This document shows, one piece after another, positions 1-14,605 of a DNA stretch of 64,000 nt. The translations under genes were made by a program, and so were the position numbers. Positions within the stretch are counted from its first letter, which is position 1; the number at the start of each line of letters is the position of its first letter. Origin of the DNA: Lingula anatina (lineage: Eukaryota > Animalia > Brachiopoda); the NCBI GenBank assembly GCA_051362555.1, contig CM120644.1, forward strand, positions 18,684,534 to 18,748,533. The letters run 5' to 3'. A model generated the notes under the pieces. The model was not told the DNA's origin and searched no databases. It worked only from the letters and a program-made list of their open reading frames with translations.

Positions 1-208
1 CATAAATTCACACTCCGATAGACCATATATCTTTTTTTTTTTTTGGTGAAGCAAACTTTTAGAAAAAAAGGACCTCTCATCAACTTAATTTTTCAAACAA
101 TTTGTTTTGAGAGTACTTGGATATCTACCCTAGGTTCTAGATTTCAGTATTGCCAGCTCAGTCTTGATTTCAACCCATATCAGCAATACCGACTCACAGT
201 AAAGCTTA

Positions 209-408
209 CACCCCATTTCCATAGATTAGATCGACCTAACTCCCTGGAGGTTCACGCTAAATAGCTGTCAGCCGGGCGGACACGAAAGTTAATTACCCCC
301 TTACAGCTTGTAGTAGGCGGGACGGACATTTAAGTCGGATTATCTGAAAGTAATCTAGTGAGACTCCCCGCGGGGATAGATCGATCTAAAATCTATGGGA
401 ATAGAGCC
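209..408 (+). mobile_element. Harbinger-like MITE family A (about 200 bp), copy 1
   Basis: Imperfect TIRs (CCCCATTTCCATAGATTAGATCGA / TCGATCTAAAATCTATGGGAATAGAGCC), TTA target duplication, near-identical copies elsewhere in the window. Confidence 0.85.
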
Positions 409-807
409 TTACACATGGAAAGGTGTAGTGAGCTATGCAAGCTAACTTTAATGCCCTGATACTCAGGGTACTGTATATCCCTCTTTGTAGAAGTGTGCAT
501 GGGGCAAATTATTTTCTCTCAGCCAATAGTAAATTGATTCCAGATGGACTTTATGTCCACGTTGCCTCGCAATGAGGAAGAGCTTCTTCGATTCTTTGCA
601 TATTTCATGTGAGCTTTTATCTTAGGAGAAAAATTCAGCAAACATCCATATATTGCAGTAACATAAGGGAAATATCTCACACTTTACTAGCTAGTGCTCT
701 CATGTTTATTAGACCTATAAAATATAAAATATACTCTTGTTGTATGGGAATGAGTGTGGTTTCTTTAATTATGGGTAAATATAGAGAAATGCACAACATA
801 CATAAGT

Positions 808-980
808 CTGGGGTAGCGCTAACACTCGCCAATTTAGCCAAATGCTAAAACTGACTTAAACTGGCTAAAGAAAAGGGGCTTGATTTGACATGTTTTAGCC
901 AAATTATAACCATTTTGATAACAAATTGACAAAAATATGGTGATTTGGCTAAGTGAAAAAAATTGTTAGCGCTACCCCAG
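808..980. mobile_element. MITE with 17-bp TIR
   Basis: CTGGGGTAGCGCTAACA / TGTTAGCGCTACCCCAG; flanks TAAGT and TAAGA. Confidence 0.7.
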
Positions 981-1631
981 TAAGAACTTAGGCTGGTATA
1001 TATTATTATACACATATATTTTTTTATTTTTTGGTTTAGCCAAATGGATAAATTTTCTACTTCAAATAAACACTTTTAAATAATCCATATTTGCCTTTGA
1101 CAAATAAACAATCCTGGCAATTAAATGACATCTAAGGATCTCACATACATGAGCATAAAAAGAAATAATATCAAAATTAAACAAAAAAAAACATCAAATC
1201 TTAATTCATCATAAAATACCTTCAGTCATCTGCGCTCTCATTTCTGTAATGCACACAATTAAGTAGCAAAGTCACAAAGTGCATCATGCACAGACATGGA
1301 TGGATTTCAGATAATCAGACAAAAACGAATTGCAATTAATCTGAAGGTTGCATCTGAATATAATAATCGCATTTGTTCTTGTGCCTAGCATGGAGCATGA
1401 TCAGGGTCTCTGTATGACGTACATAGTAATATATCAAGCCTACTTCTGAAACATGGTGCACATTGCTGATGCCTAAAATGTTAAATTCATTCCGTAAGTT
1501 TGTGACAGCATTTCTTATGCAGATCTGAGAAATTAAAACAGTTTAAATACCTTAATTCATGCAGATAATTCAAAGTAAAATATCTCATCCTGAACGGCAC
1601 TCATGCTGAATTGCATAATTTTCACAGTCTG

Positions 1632-1664
<33 letters not shown>

Positions 1665-2380
1665 TTTGGTAATATATTTATTCCAACAGGCTCATTGGAA
1701 AGTAATTACTCTACAAATTTAAATGTCATAAATCACCAAAATAAATTAATATGAAAGAACCTTTGAAGGCAGCATGATTTAACACCCAGGCTTTAATTTC
1801 CCACCCACAGTAATGCACAAAAGCTAGAATCTGTTTTTGAATTTCATTCAGCATGCGGGAAATTGAGCACTTTGAATAACTGCAAGCATTGCATAAAAAT
1901 AATTTTGATGCTTTCTTCTCCTACATTCGTAATAAAAAAGGGAAAAAATGCACTGTTTTAATTTCCTTTAGATGAATCTAAGTTTTGCCTGGGTTTGAAG
2001 CAGCTTATGTATTGGTGCATGCAATTTTGCCTTTAATTTTATCAGATTCACTGCATATCATGCATCCAGCTCTATGAGTCCAGAAAGTCATCGATGGTCG
2101 GAAACAAATTAAAATGGCTGCCATCCCCCTTGTTGGGTGGGTCCTAATTATCAGTTCGTATACACAATTGCTGGGATATCAACCCGAGATCAAAATATAA
2201 TAATTATACAATTAAACATCTGTGTCTGTACATATAATAAAAATAAGTTAACATTACAGCTAGACCTAATTTTAAACCACTTACATAATCTTGCACTGTA
2301 CTTTCTTGTTTGTGCGTCACAAAAGCATTATCTCCAACTGAGATAAGAAACTTCAATTTCAGCAGTTATGGGAAGATGTT

Positions 2381-2415
<35 letters not shown>

Positions 2416-4800
2416 GTGAATAAACCTGCATCTAAGATTCTTGTTATGTCTAACTTCAGCGGTAGCGGTTTCTGAAGAACATGATAATGAGAAGTTTAAG
2501 ACAACCTAACTAGGTATCGAGAGAGTTAATTTACCCTAGCTGGTTTATCGAACGTATGTGAGCATGCAGTGCGTGATTGGTGTGTGAGTTTAAAAGGCAG
2601 TTCGTTCACTTCACAATGACCACGATTTCTGGCCATTTGATGTTGAGGCCTGCATTTAAAATCATGAATGAGCAAAGCTTAATAAAAAAATTATAACAAC
2701 TTGGTGATCTACCGTATAAGCATTATGGGCTGTACGTTTCGCTGTTTGTATCAGAGTTTAGATTCATAAGGGTGCATTCCCAAGAAAACTACTCATCTAC
2801 ATAGATTGACCCAACTTAGCCGGGATTCACTCTAAATTCAATCAGATTACCTGAATAACGCACCTCCTTAAGCAGCTAGGGGGAAATTAACTTTCGGGTG
2901 CATTCGGATTCTAGAAGCTTTTTCGCTTTGTTTTGAGTGCAACCAAATGCACATGAAAGTTAATCCCACCCCTTATCTGCCAAAGGAGGAATGCTATTCA
3001 GTTAATTAACATTCAGTGCGAGGCATGCTGAGCTGGAACAATCAACGTAGAATGGCAGCTTCATTGGAAATGCATCCTACATGCAAATTTATCCTAAGTC
3101 TTCCATCACAAAAAAAAATTAATTAATTCAATAATATGTGCCAACTTAAGTTCTTTAATGTGTTTTTGAACAGCTCTTCATCTTCTTAAAATGATTATAT
3201 ACATGTAATTAATATTAATTCATAAGTTAGATCCATGATTGATGATGCTTAATGGTGGTTTTTATTGTTAATTAATGTTTCCTTTTCCAGAGCCAAACGT
3301 GTGCATCATTCTGCAACTTTTTAGCTTCCATTGTCAATAACAATTTTAATTGTTAATAATATATTTAAATATAATATAGTGCAGCTTTGAAATTTCAACA
3401 TAAAAGGTCTTATTTGCATCTGTTTAAAACAAACCATTCAAGTTTTCATTGATAATTCATTTTCCTAAAAATATCTAAAAAAATGAACAGTCATTTCTGA
3501 TAACAAAACCAGATACCGAAATTATTCTCATCTTTTATTATAACTGATATAAATTTTCATATCATCTGTGAATACATTCACCTATCCATTTGTTTGTCTG
3601 TTTACTTGTTTTGTTATCCAAACAGAATTTTAAACTGTCAAACTTAACACAATGAAAATTAATACCAAATTAATAATGATAATTTCTTAAGCACAATCTT
3701 GCATGTTTTTACAGTTACAGGTTCTCCAACTACAAAAGCTATAAAAAATTGAAGACAACCATTTACATTCCAATAACACAGTTTCACTGAGATTATCACT
3801 AAAAAGTTAACTCCATTAAATTCAGATTTTCACAATTTCTGCCCCATGCAGTGCCTTCAGCCTCGATTAGCCCCCCCCCCCCCCCTCGTCTTGGGTCACA
3901 TTCACAACCAGTTGATCCCGGAACTAACAGATCTCTGGATCAAATACAGCCAACCCACTTGACACTTTGCCATATAATCCCCTAATAGACATTGAACATT
4001 TTCACTGCAGGGATTATACCGTAAGCTTTCAAGTGTGTCCCCCATATTTGATTCTTAGACCTCGTAGGTCAACTTTAGTTGTGAATGCGGCCATAGGTTA
4101 GCTCCGATGATATCCATTTAGACAAAACAGATTATGCCTATCTGTGCCACATTATCAACTCTGGTTAATAAACAGGATGGCTTGTGCATCAGTAGGAGCT
4201 AATTCCCTCATCACATGATTGAATTTACAGACAAAGGAATCCAATATCCATCCCCCAGTGATTTGAAAAGTGCTGATATTGGCCATGCGAAATGTTGTAC
4301 TCACAAAAGTAAGACAACTCCAGTGATAAGCAGGTGCATGCCTGGTTTGTTTTACACAGAGAGAACTGCCATTTAGTGAAAAGTCAGAAAAATATGGTGT
4401 GGGGTCCAGGGGACCACCAAGGCCAATGACATTCTTGGCTCCCAAAAAGTTGGGAATCTGCCAATAGTTGGAAAAGTTTCATCCCCATTTCCACGTAAAT
4501 AAGCCCCATCCACCCCCAAGCACCCCAACACCCCTTTTACAAGCAAGGATGCATCGAAGTTACTGTTACACATGGAGCATGCTACTAACATTTTCTATAT
4601 ATGCAACTCGAATTAAGTCTACATGTCAAAGGATGAACCACATTAAATGGCTTGGTCAGTAAAATAAAACAGCTTTAAAACTGCAATTTCTTCAAATTTC
4701 TGGTCAAAAATGTGGCCTTTTATCTGTCCTCCTGTTAGTGAAAGGGTACAATATAACATGGCAATGTATGGCATATTACTATCTTCAAAGGTACCTTTAA

Positions 4801-5015
4801 GGCTCTATTCCCATAGATTTTAGATCGATCTATCCCCGCGGGGAGTCTCACTAGATTACTTTCAGATAATCCGACTTAAATGTCCGTCCCGCCTACTACA
4901 AGCTATAAGGGGATAATGAACTTTCGTGTCCGCCCGGCTGACAGCTATTTAGTGTGAACCCCCAGGGAGTTAGGTTGATCTAAAGTAGGTCGATCTAATC
5001 TATGGAAATGGGGTG
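4801..5015 (-). mobile_element. MITE family A, copy 2 (inverted)
   Basis: Reverse complement of 209-408; TAA TSD. Confidence 0.85.
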
Positions 5016-5558
5016 TAAGAATCCATGCAAGTGCAATTGCAAGTATGATCCATGCAAGTACAATTGCCTGTAAAGATTTACTGGCTATAGGGAAAAAATA
5101 CAATCATACCAGAAACTGAATTTTTCTGGTTGGAAGCCAATAATTCTGTATATTATAAACTTGAACTCCTGTAAAACCATTTATAAATATATAGTAATCA
5201 TGTGCTTCATCATTATGCCCTCCATTCAAACTTCGATCTACATTTATTAGCTATATTTGAAGAGGAAATTTTTTTATCCAGCAGGCCAAACTAGTAGTTT
5301 TATTTTAATTAGTTTTAAAGGGTGCTGTTCAAACCAAATTCCATATAAATAAAATGTTGATACCTTGGAAATGTAAAGTGAGCACGTGTCTCATCTCCTA
5401 TAGCCCCAAATTAATGTACCCTTAGGCTAGCTATTCTTTTTCATCTCTTCCCCCCCCCCCCATAAACACACACACACAAACAGAATAATGAGCTCTACAA
5501 TTTTGCCATTCCTATACCCTACAGTAACTTTTCTCAAGTATTCTTTTATGTTTGCCTC

Positions 5559-5593
<35 letters not shown>

Positions 5594-7736
5594 TTTAATG
5601 CAATGCTGGACCTACCCATGATAAGAAACTATTGAGATAAGCAATGCGTTAGAACAACCATGCCCAAGGCAAATTAGTTGCTGGACATGTTTTGTGTAAA
5701 TAGTCTTGAATTTTTCACAACTTGCAGAGCAATTTCCCTTGAGGTTAATGAACCAAGTGGTAATGAACTTCCACCCTTTCTTAATATCCTGACACGGAGC
5801 AATGACCCAAAGATACTTTTATCATCATGACGCTCTTAAGCTTTTTGAAAATGTAGGAGGTATTGTTCCAGAACCAATACATCCACACATGCTTTGGTGG
5901 CTAATTAAAACACAATGCTGCCGCAAAGGGTTCTGTTCAAATAAATTATGCAAGATGAATGGTTTGCTGGCAAAGATCTGGATTACGAGGTGACCCTTCG
6001 AGAATGAAGTCTTAAGACGAGAATATCGATGCACGGTATTTCACTGCATCTTCTGGAATGCGAATATTACAGAAAAAAATATTTACAAAATTGTTAATTT
6101 ATTCTCAATTTCTAAGGGGAAATTACATTCTTTTTTACTGTAAAAGTGGACTTACTTATATGATTTAAACTGAAAAATAGTACAGAACCTTCATATTCAT
6201 CAAACTTTTATTCTGAGTGGAAATTTTCTGAGTAAAAAGACAGTTCTTTCAAAACTCCTAACACTTTCCATTAATGTGAATACACAAAAAAAAATTATAA
6301 ATCTTTTGCAATAACCGAGATTATATCCTCAACATTTATCTTTAAACCTAGATTAGCTTTAAATCAGTCTATTTTGCCAGCTCTGGACCAACATAAATAT
6401 AATTACTGTTACAGTAGCAAGGACAGTTCGGCTAAAAGTCGCAAGGCCTTTCAGAATTGGCAATTTGAAACTTTTTTTAGCTTTCTAAGATCAAAGCTAA
6501 TCATAAGGCTGCCTGATGCCTTAGATGGCACACGTTGCGTCACTGCCATAGACAAAAACATTGGAAACCATATAGAGAAAAATAGAAATCTTTGATATCA
6601 GTTGCCTAGCTAAAGCTGGGGTTGGTTGGACAAAAGAGCTATAGACTAGAATCCCATACCCAGATCTACCTAACAGGATTGATCCATCTCCTAGGGGTTT
6701 CTCACTTAATTACTTTTAGCTTAAGCGGCTTAGATGTCTGGCACATCTACTGAAGCTGCTTAACTATAATTAATTACCCCCTAGCAGCTTCAGCAGGTGT
6801 GACAGACATGTAAGACGCTTAAGTTGATTGCAATTTAGCAAGAATCCCCTCGGAGAAAGACCGAACCACAGTAAATATGAGAGGGTCTGGGAATGGTCCC
6901 TTTGTCCGTAAATTTGGCTTACATGATTTCAAGATAAATCAACTGTAATCCATTTAAATTAAGAAAGAATTGGTCTGAAACAGAAGCTGCAGTTCTCCTG
7001 TTACCAAGAAAAGCGCAACATTGCATTAAATTGGATTACTAAGCTATCACTCATTTATCTTGGTTCAAAGCAAGTTCACATTTTGGCCTGAAGATTCAAA
7101 TCAAGCATTTAGCTAAAGAGCCTTTGTGACACTCGGGGGCCCCAGCGACTAATTCGGATCTACTGCTAAGTGCCTCTTTACTTTGTGCACCATCCAAGAA
7201 ACCCTGTGATCAAGCTGTACAATTCATTAAGTAGACAACTGCTGGCTCTTTAACATCAGTCAAAAACAAGGATATCTATCTAATATAAATAACAAATCCT
7301 TTCTGTTTACTTCAACTACATAAATGACTGACAAAAATAACCATATTTTACCTATTTTTCAAATAGGAATATGACACTCTCTCTCACATACATTCACTTT
7401 GATATATTGCCCAATTAATGGATGTGATAATATGAAAATAATCACAGACTGAATAAGGTTTTAATTAAGCCATCTTTCAAATTTACACATCAACTGACAA
7501 TTGTGGACATTTCTTATAACGAAGCTTTCTAACAGCCAATTTACTCAACTTTGAAACAAACATGTTCCAAACCAATTCCATTAATTCAAAATGTCACTTT
7601 TTTCACAAAACAAATGAAAGACTTTGGCTTGAACCCAAATCACCATTCAGAATATTTTTTACATTCTCTGGAAATGAAACAATTTATTCATTCAAACTTC
7701 TTTTGTTTGCCTATGTCAGATTATTTATTTACTTAC

Positions 7737-8693
7737 CGGTCTCCAAATATAACTGTCACTGCGATTGATGACTATGACGCACAGGGTATGAACAGCAGCC
7801 AGGCCAATCCCTCCGAACACCGAAACTCTCATTCTGACGGGCAGCAAACTGTAGGTCATATATATACAAAATATGCTCAACCAGACCCCTTCGCTGGCCG
7901 TCCTTGGGGACGTATCTGTGGTGACAAGTATCACCATAGTGATCATAAATATGAGGATGACATATCCAAGCGAGACAAGGTGAAGTTGAGAAAAGGAGCT
8001 TTTATTACACAGGATTTGTACCACGATGAAAGCGAGGAAGAGTAGTCCGAAGAGAGTTCCTTTCAGAGGCGACGTTTGCCCTCCTATGTAATGGAATGCA
8101 ACTAGAATGACACAGATTGTCATAAGTAGAGCCATGAGTTGAGTAAGATTATTTTGGTTTAGTTTAAAAAAGTAGCGCTGGTACAGAATCTCCAGCTGGT
8201 GATCTTTGAATTTTTTCGTCCTAAAAACATTCTGCACTGTCTGCCATTTGCAACAACTGTCATCAGTCAGATTCGATTCCATCTCCATCTGCAAGCATGT
8301 TGCTTCCTTTCTGTGTGCCTTTTTTTGCTTTTTCTCTCCTGCTTCAAATTTTTCCTGTGCTCTATCCCACGCAGACCTCCTCTTTGTTTGGGAGAGCTCA
8401 GAGGCAGGGCGCGAAAGGTTTGGCGAGACATTAAAACTGTTCTGCTCAATGCCAGGATGTTGAGCACCACCATTTTGCTTCCGATTTCTGTTCGGACTAA
8501 GTACCTGAACCTGATGCCTAATCGCACCCTCCTCAGTTGAAATATCTCCCTGCCTCCCACCATCTATATGGAGGAGGGTGTCTTCGTCTGCATCCTCCAC
8601 TTTGACGTCCTGGTGTAGTGGACCTATACTGTTGCTTTTTGTTATCCGCATGCCAGGTTTAGCGACTGCGTTCCAACTGTAGTCTGAGCTCAT
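7737..8693 (-). CDS. ADCY5: Adenylate cyclase type 5/6-like, first coding exon (N-terminus and start of the first TM cluster); the gene continues leftward beyond the window
   Basis: The ORF contains FRTKKFKDHQLEILYQRYFFKLNQNNLTQLMALL, SEGVW and YMTYSLLPVRMR, which match AC5/6 N-terminal and TM motifs. The frame ends at a phase-0 GTAAGT donor (minus strand 7736-7731) after WRP. Confidence 0.9.
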
Positions 8694-11186
8694 AAGTTTT
8701 TGATTTGCCTGCGTGGATCATGTGCTCATTTATACCAAGGCAGCTCCAAGTGTGTTGCCACAGGTGCTTGATTACGGCAGTTTCAATAAACACGTTTACA
8801 TGTAATTTTCTCAATTCTCCATTTCACTACCTGTTTTCATTAGCAAGGCAGCTCAGAGTACAGAACATCACAGACGAGTTTTTGACAGCTGTGATTAGCA
8901 AGTTTTTATATTTCAGTGAAATTTCCTGAAATCATCAGCGGCCTCTCTTGCCAAGTCGTTTGTTTGCTCAGACGATAATTATCCCCTATTTTACTCAACT
9001 GCAAGAACTGCAAATCAGTTCCCTGCTTCATAATTATCACCCAACAACTGTTATGAAAGCTTGTCTTTTTTTCTGAGTAGGAAAGATAGTATGCAGTGCT
9101 TTCTTAATCCATTCCTTGTCATAAAGTAACACAAATATTTTTCTGTTTAAATCTTTCTCCTTGTAGGTACAAATTACCTCAAATGAAGGAAAACTTCCCA
9201 GTTTTGTTTCTCGATGTTCCAATATACATCAAAATATTTGTCCAATGGTCATTGTTAAATAACCTGATGCCTGAAGCAGCATAACTGTACCGAACTTTGA
9301 CTAATGGCAACCTGCATACCTTGTATATTATAACTATTATATGTTGACCGAGTCCTATGCAAATCACAAATAGGAAATTAATCCCAGTCAAACTGAAATC
9401 TTACAATTCACAAGTTCATCTCACTTGACAATTTGACTTCCTGCAGCCGTGTGGAAAAAAATAGTCTTTTAAATTATACACTGAGAAATATTCTGTCTGA
9501 TAAGGTTGTAGAATGTGTTCAATCCCTAGTCATGAATTTGCTAATTGCCTCCTCGTGCACAACTACACCCGATTAAGTTAAAGCAACAAGGCATAACATC
9601 AGCAAACCAAAACACATCTCCATCCACGCTTTTAAGTCTGCTGGCTGTGGCTTACAGCAATTAAACAACCACTGGTTGATCAGTGAAAGAAATGCTGGTA
9701 GAGTGTCCATATCATCTCCGATATCAGTAATTTGCCATGATCAGTCAAAACAAGAGGAGCTGCACTGACAGCCGCCGTGATGATAATCAATGGTTATTAT
9801 TGCGATCCAATATCATACAGGCCCACTTCACAGTGAAGGTATTATGTATACTTCTTGCAGCGTATTACTGTAACCCATGCCACACCAAAGCACTGCTACT
9901 GCTATAGCTACATGCAATGCAGTTCCTTACAAAAAAATGTGTGTATGACAATGTTGGTTAAATAATGGCGGAAACACACCCCATTCCCACTGTCAAATCA
10001 AATTTCTTTCATCAATACCCGACAAGACAAATAATGTAATTGCACCTTGGTATTGTAATAGCTCCACGCTTTTCACTGGAACTACAACAGGAAATCATCC
10101 TTCTCCATTGGCACGTAAATCACAACAGATTGATCTTCAAAGGCATCAATACGGTTACAGTTCAAATTATTCCCAATGGACCTTCCAGTGGGTACAATGT
10201 TATATGCACTGTAACCATGCAAGTTCAAAAGTGCACCTCCTTCGCAAAAAGGAGCTCTTCAGTTTTTCTCGATGAAAAAGTGTGCAGCCATTTGGCAAAC
10301 AACTGATTAACGGAGTTAGTGTTTTGTCCTACACACCAAAAAACCAACAAGAACCTTAGTTTTATGTCAATACAGGAAATTCTTAGTACTTGTCCTTGTG
10401 TCAGTCATTGTAAATTAGAAAGAAATGAGTTTCAGAGTGTAGAATTGTATGGGTGCCCTTTTATCAATAGCACAATAAAAATTTCTAATTTGTTCTTCCT
10501 GTTTGCTGTTCAGCACTGTTTGGCTGCTTGCTGTTCAGTTACAGTTGTAATTCAGAGACAAATGGACCACTGCTTGCTGTTTCTCTCTCTCTGCATTGCT
10601 GTTTCAGAGTGTTCCTTAGCTGGTCTCTAGAATGTCACAATGATCTTCTTAAGCTCTCTCTATCTCTTCTGCCAATTCACAATAAAAATGTGTATAATCT
10701 CCCTATCAAACCCAGCTCAAAAAATGACAAGCAAATGATACTGTCAAAAGTTTTAGTGGATGTGATTCTTTCTTCTGCTTGTTCCACAAAACTTGATGTC
10801 ATAAAAATTTGTATTACGTATGATGTCAAGTAGAATCCTTCCAGCTGTAAAGTGCAATGTTTGGCATCTCCTTCACAAGAAAGCAATTATGTCTATCAAA
10901 CTGCTATCAAAATCTACAGGATATCACTGCCTGCTTCAATCTGTTTTAGCTGCTGCCATTTGTTTTACCTTTGAGATTTTCTAGCTCGAGCAACAAAATG
11001 CAAGCAGTACCATGGGCCAAATCAATGAGCATATTCTCAAGCAATTTGCAAAATGGAGTGATGAACGTGCAATGCAAGTTGTGTTAATAAGTCTTAGCCT
11101 CTGGTTTACAGAAGGTTGTAAGATGATTGCGGGAGCACAGGTGAAGGCAACAAGATTTTTCCTGATGGACTGCTTCTTCGGTGCAT
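8694..11186 (-). other. Candidate long 5' UTR portion of the ADCY first coding exon
   Basis: Strong minus-strand acceptor (ttttatttttcag) ending at 11187. No recognisable repeats between it and the ATG. Other internal acceptors cannot be excluded. Confidence 0.35.
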
Positions 11187-12484
11187 CTGAAAAATAAAAT
11201 CAACAATATTAAATCATCACAACATCTGCTCTGTTTACAGGGTACATCACAAAATTTAAAATACTGAGCACACATGACACCATGATATTCCAAAATCTCC
11301 CTCCAATTAAATGATAATTTAATTTCTTTTTAATAACACACAAAAATATTTCCTACAGATAGCAAATGAACACCAATGCCACATTCTAAATTTGTCTCCT
11401 TTAGTTCTAGATAGGTAAATCAAATAATACTAATTTTATTTTAGTCCTTCGAATTATTCTTGTAAGTAAGAAATAATTTAAAAAATACTTTAAGTAACAT
11501 TGTGTTTAATATTACTATGATAATGTAAAAAATATGTACATAATTGTCAATCTTGATGTAATATTACATAATGCTTAATATCATGGTCACCACCAAATTA
11601 AATTATATACCACTGTTACAAAATGTAACCATCACAGGGCTTCAGACCCATGAGAACTCAATGGCATGTATGCCAGAAAATTGCCACTTGAAATCTTCAT
11701 TAAAAAATATCATTTCATGATGAAAAATAAACAATCTTCATTAAAAAAAGATCATTTCAAGATGAAAAATAAATCAATCAGGCTGGATTTCTAATCAAGC
11801 ATTATGTAAGTCCTGTTACGAAACCCCATAAGACTGAGAATAATAAGATGAAGCTTGTTTTTCCTTATCCTGTGTTTACAAGCAAAATTCTACGAAAGGG
11901 GGCTGAAACACTTGCAGTGGCAGCTGCGACAGACACAGGTGATGGTTATATACACCAGTGATAGTTATATGTCCAAACAGAGAGCGTCTGTCCAAAAATA
12001 CAAAAACCATTCTACAGTTTCAGGATAGGATATGACTCACATTGTGAAGATACTCCCAACAAAATAGGCATACAATAAAATATGCCACCAACCAAAAAAA
12101 TTAGATACAAACCACGACAAACCCCTGTGACTTCAGCAATAAAATGCTGTACATAACGCTAATAACACAAATTGAATATCCAACAAGCAAGCTATCTACC
12201 CACATTATGTGGACTTCATCTTACTTCTTTTTTTTTTAGTTTTCTGAAAAAAAATGAACATTTTCAGGCATATCAATTCAAGATGATAACAAATTTGTTA
12301 ACAGCAGAGTTTTAATTGTGGAATGTGGTACACGTGGAGCAGGGGACATCATAAGAAGATTAGGTGGTGGCGCTTTAAAATGGGCCTGCCATATTTGATC
12401 CGCTGATCTGTTAGTCCTGGTGAACTAATTCAGCCACCTTTGGCAGATATGAGACACTTTACATGAATTAGGTGATACAAATAT

Positions 12485-12640
12485 CAGGGGTGGATTTAGG
12501 ACGTCTTCTGAATCTTCCAGAAGACGGTCAGATTTTCAAGTTAAACTAATGTTTTCTGTCGGAAGATGGTCAAAAATGAAGAATGGATCAACAAAGATCA
12601 TTTGGAAGACTGTCAGAAAATATCTCTGAACCCACCCCTG
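12485..12640. mobile_element. MITE with CAGGGGTGG TIR and 5-bp TSD
   Basis: CAGGGGTGGATTTAG / CTGAACCCACCCCTG; AATAT duplicated. Confidence 0.7.
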
Positions 12641-14557
12641 AATATGAATGGAATTATAAGCCACATGCATCAGGAAATTAGACTTGTTGATAGACTTTTT
12701 TCTCAAACATTTGCTCCCTATTGCAGAGAAATTAGAAAATCTTGAAAGGAAAGCTAGCCATATGCAAAAATAGTCCCAAAAGAGCTACTAGTTCTACCTA
12801 GTAAAATTTTGTTTAAAATAGCTGCTTAATTCTCTTTTAATTACTCTATCCCAAAGATCCAACTGAATATATATTCCACAGCTGTTGTTTATAAATTATG
12901 CCAATCATGCAATTATGATTAACCATATCCCATTGCCAAAAGTCTGGTTGAACAGGGTTATATAATCCATAGCCAAGATGGCTACCATTCCTATCCAAGT
13001 CGTCACATAATGTCTGATATCCTAAAAGACAAGAAGGGTCATTCAAATTGAGCTTAAATATGACAAAAAACTGACATCAACCAAAAGGCAAAATTTGTAA
13101 AACTATATCTTAGACCATTACCTATTCAAAAAAAAAAGGATACTTCAACCTGCAGGAAATTTACATGATTGCATTTCATATTGACAGTCAAAAACACCTT
13201 GTTGCCATATAACATCCCAGTTGGTACAGTCACCATGCATCCTAAATTAAGGAGGGGGGGGTTCCATTATATCTTAGAATACCGACTGTATGGCCTTGTG
13301 ATCAGTGTCCCCCTCAAAGGCAGGAAAACATTGGATCGAACCCATCTAGGTGAGAACGTCAACACTCAGACTCTATCAGGGTCAAAACAACGCGTATAGA
13401 ACTTATCAGTACGCGCTTCGGAGTATCAGAGGCGACAACACTCTTGCCTATTACGCGATGTGATATAGTGATGATTCTCAGAGGGGTTGGAAAGTACTGG
13501 TAGTGCATCTTATCTCATTTGTTCCGGGGTATGATACTGTGAAATGCGTACTGATGCACACATTAAAAACGGGTAGTGTGGTCCGATCTACCAGTGAATT
13601 CGGGATCATTCGGTGCCGAGTCTGGTAGTTGGGTTGGCCTGCTTATTTCTGTCTCTGATACTTCTTTCCAGTGGTTAAAAAAGGCTGCTAACCTCAGGAT
13701 AACTGCCCAGAGGATAACAATTTTATCCAAAGGATAGTGGTATCCATAGGATAGCACTATCCAGTGTTGATGAAACTGGGCCCAGGCGTCTAATGTAAAC
13801 CGCACTGAGAGGTGCACATGGAGTAGGGTTTATAATTATAAGAACTTTACTTTAAGCTAATGGAGTGTCTGAGCACCTATAGTCTTCATGACTTCCAATA
13901 TGCCAGTAATTTCAATAAAAACCTCCACCATCTTCTTCAACTGGTTCAATCAGAGACCACAGACCTGCTTTTTAATTAACAATTCTCATCTTTATCCCGC
14001 ATTTCATTTTCCAACTGTTGGCAAATAAAAACACGTATTTAGGAGCTAAATATTTAATTACCATGAAGTCTACTATGTTTAAATATAGACTATTCATTTA
14101 TTTATGTTAAAGGTACCGTATGCAGAATATTAGTGCCAAAATTCATAAAAATAATTTACCTGGTCTATATGTCTACCATCTTAATTACTGGTTTTAAATT
14201 TTAATGGAAATTTTAAGAAATCAGAATGAGGCTCTCCACACTGCATGTCATGTGTGACCAGACAATACGCAAGATTATCTGCACAAGTTGGGTTTTACAT
14301 AAGATTGATTCGATCCTGATAACTTAAGAAACTCTTTACATCAGAAGTGTCATCTTAGAAAGCAACACTTAAGTGATGACCAAAAACATGGTGAATACAT
14401 CCTGCTGTGCAGAAGACTGTATTCTAGAGAATTTAAGAGAAAACAACCTAAAAAAAATCCATAGATACCCGGTAAATTGTCAGCTTTTATCCATTGCCTC
14501 TTCTCCCACTCCCCAAATCTACAAAACATATACATATATACATACACACATGCACGT

Positions 14558-14558
<1 letters not shown>

Positions 14559-14602
<44 letters not shown>
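14559..14602. repeat. (CA)n microsatellite (similar tracts at about 1632, 23677, 24695 and 49573)
   Basis: Direct observation. Confidence 0.95.

Positions 14603-14605
<3 letters not shown>

Noticed and set aside
1-7736. Further ADCY exons
   Set aside because: No AC-like peptide was recognised by eye, so the region is treated as intron. A small exon could have been missed.
7551-8563. ORFs of 85-164 aa overlapping the ADCY exon
   Set aside because: Antisense or alternative-frame shadows of a real coding exon; no recognisable motifs.
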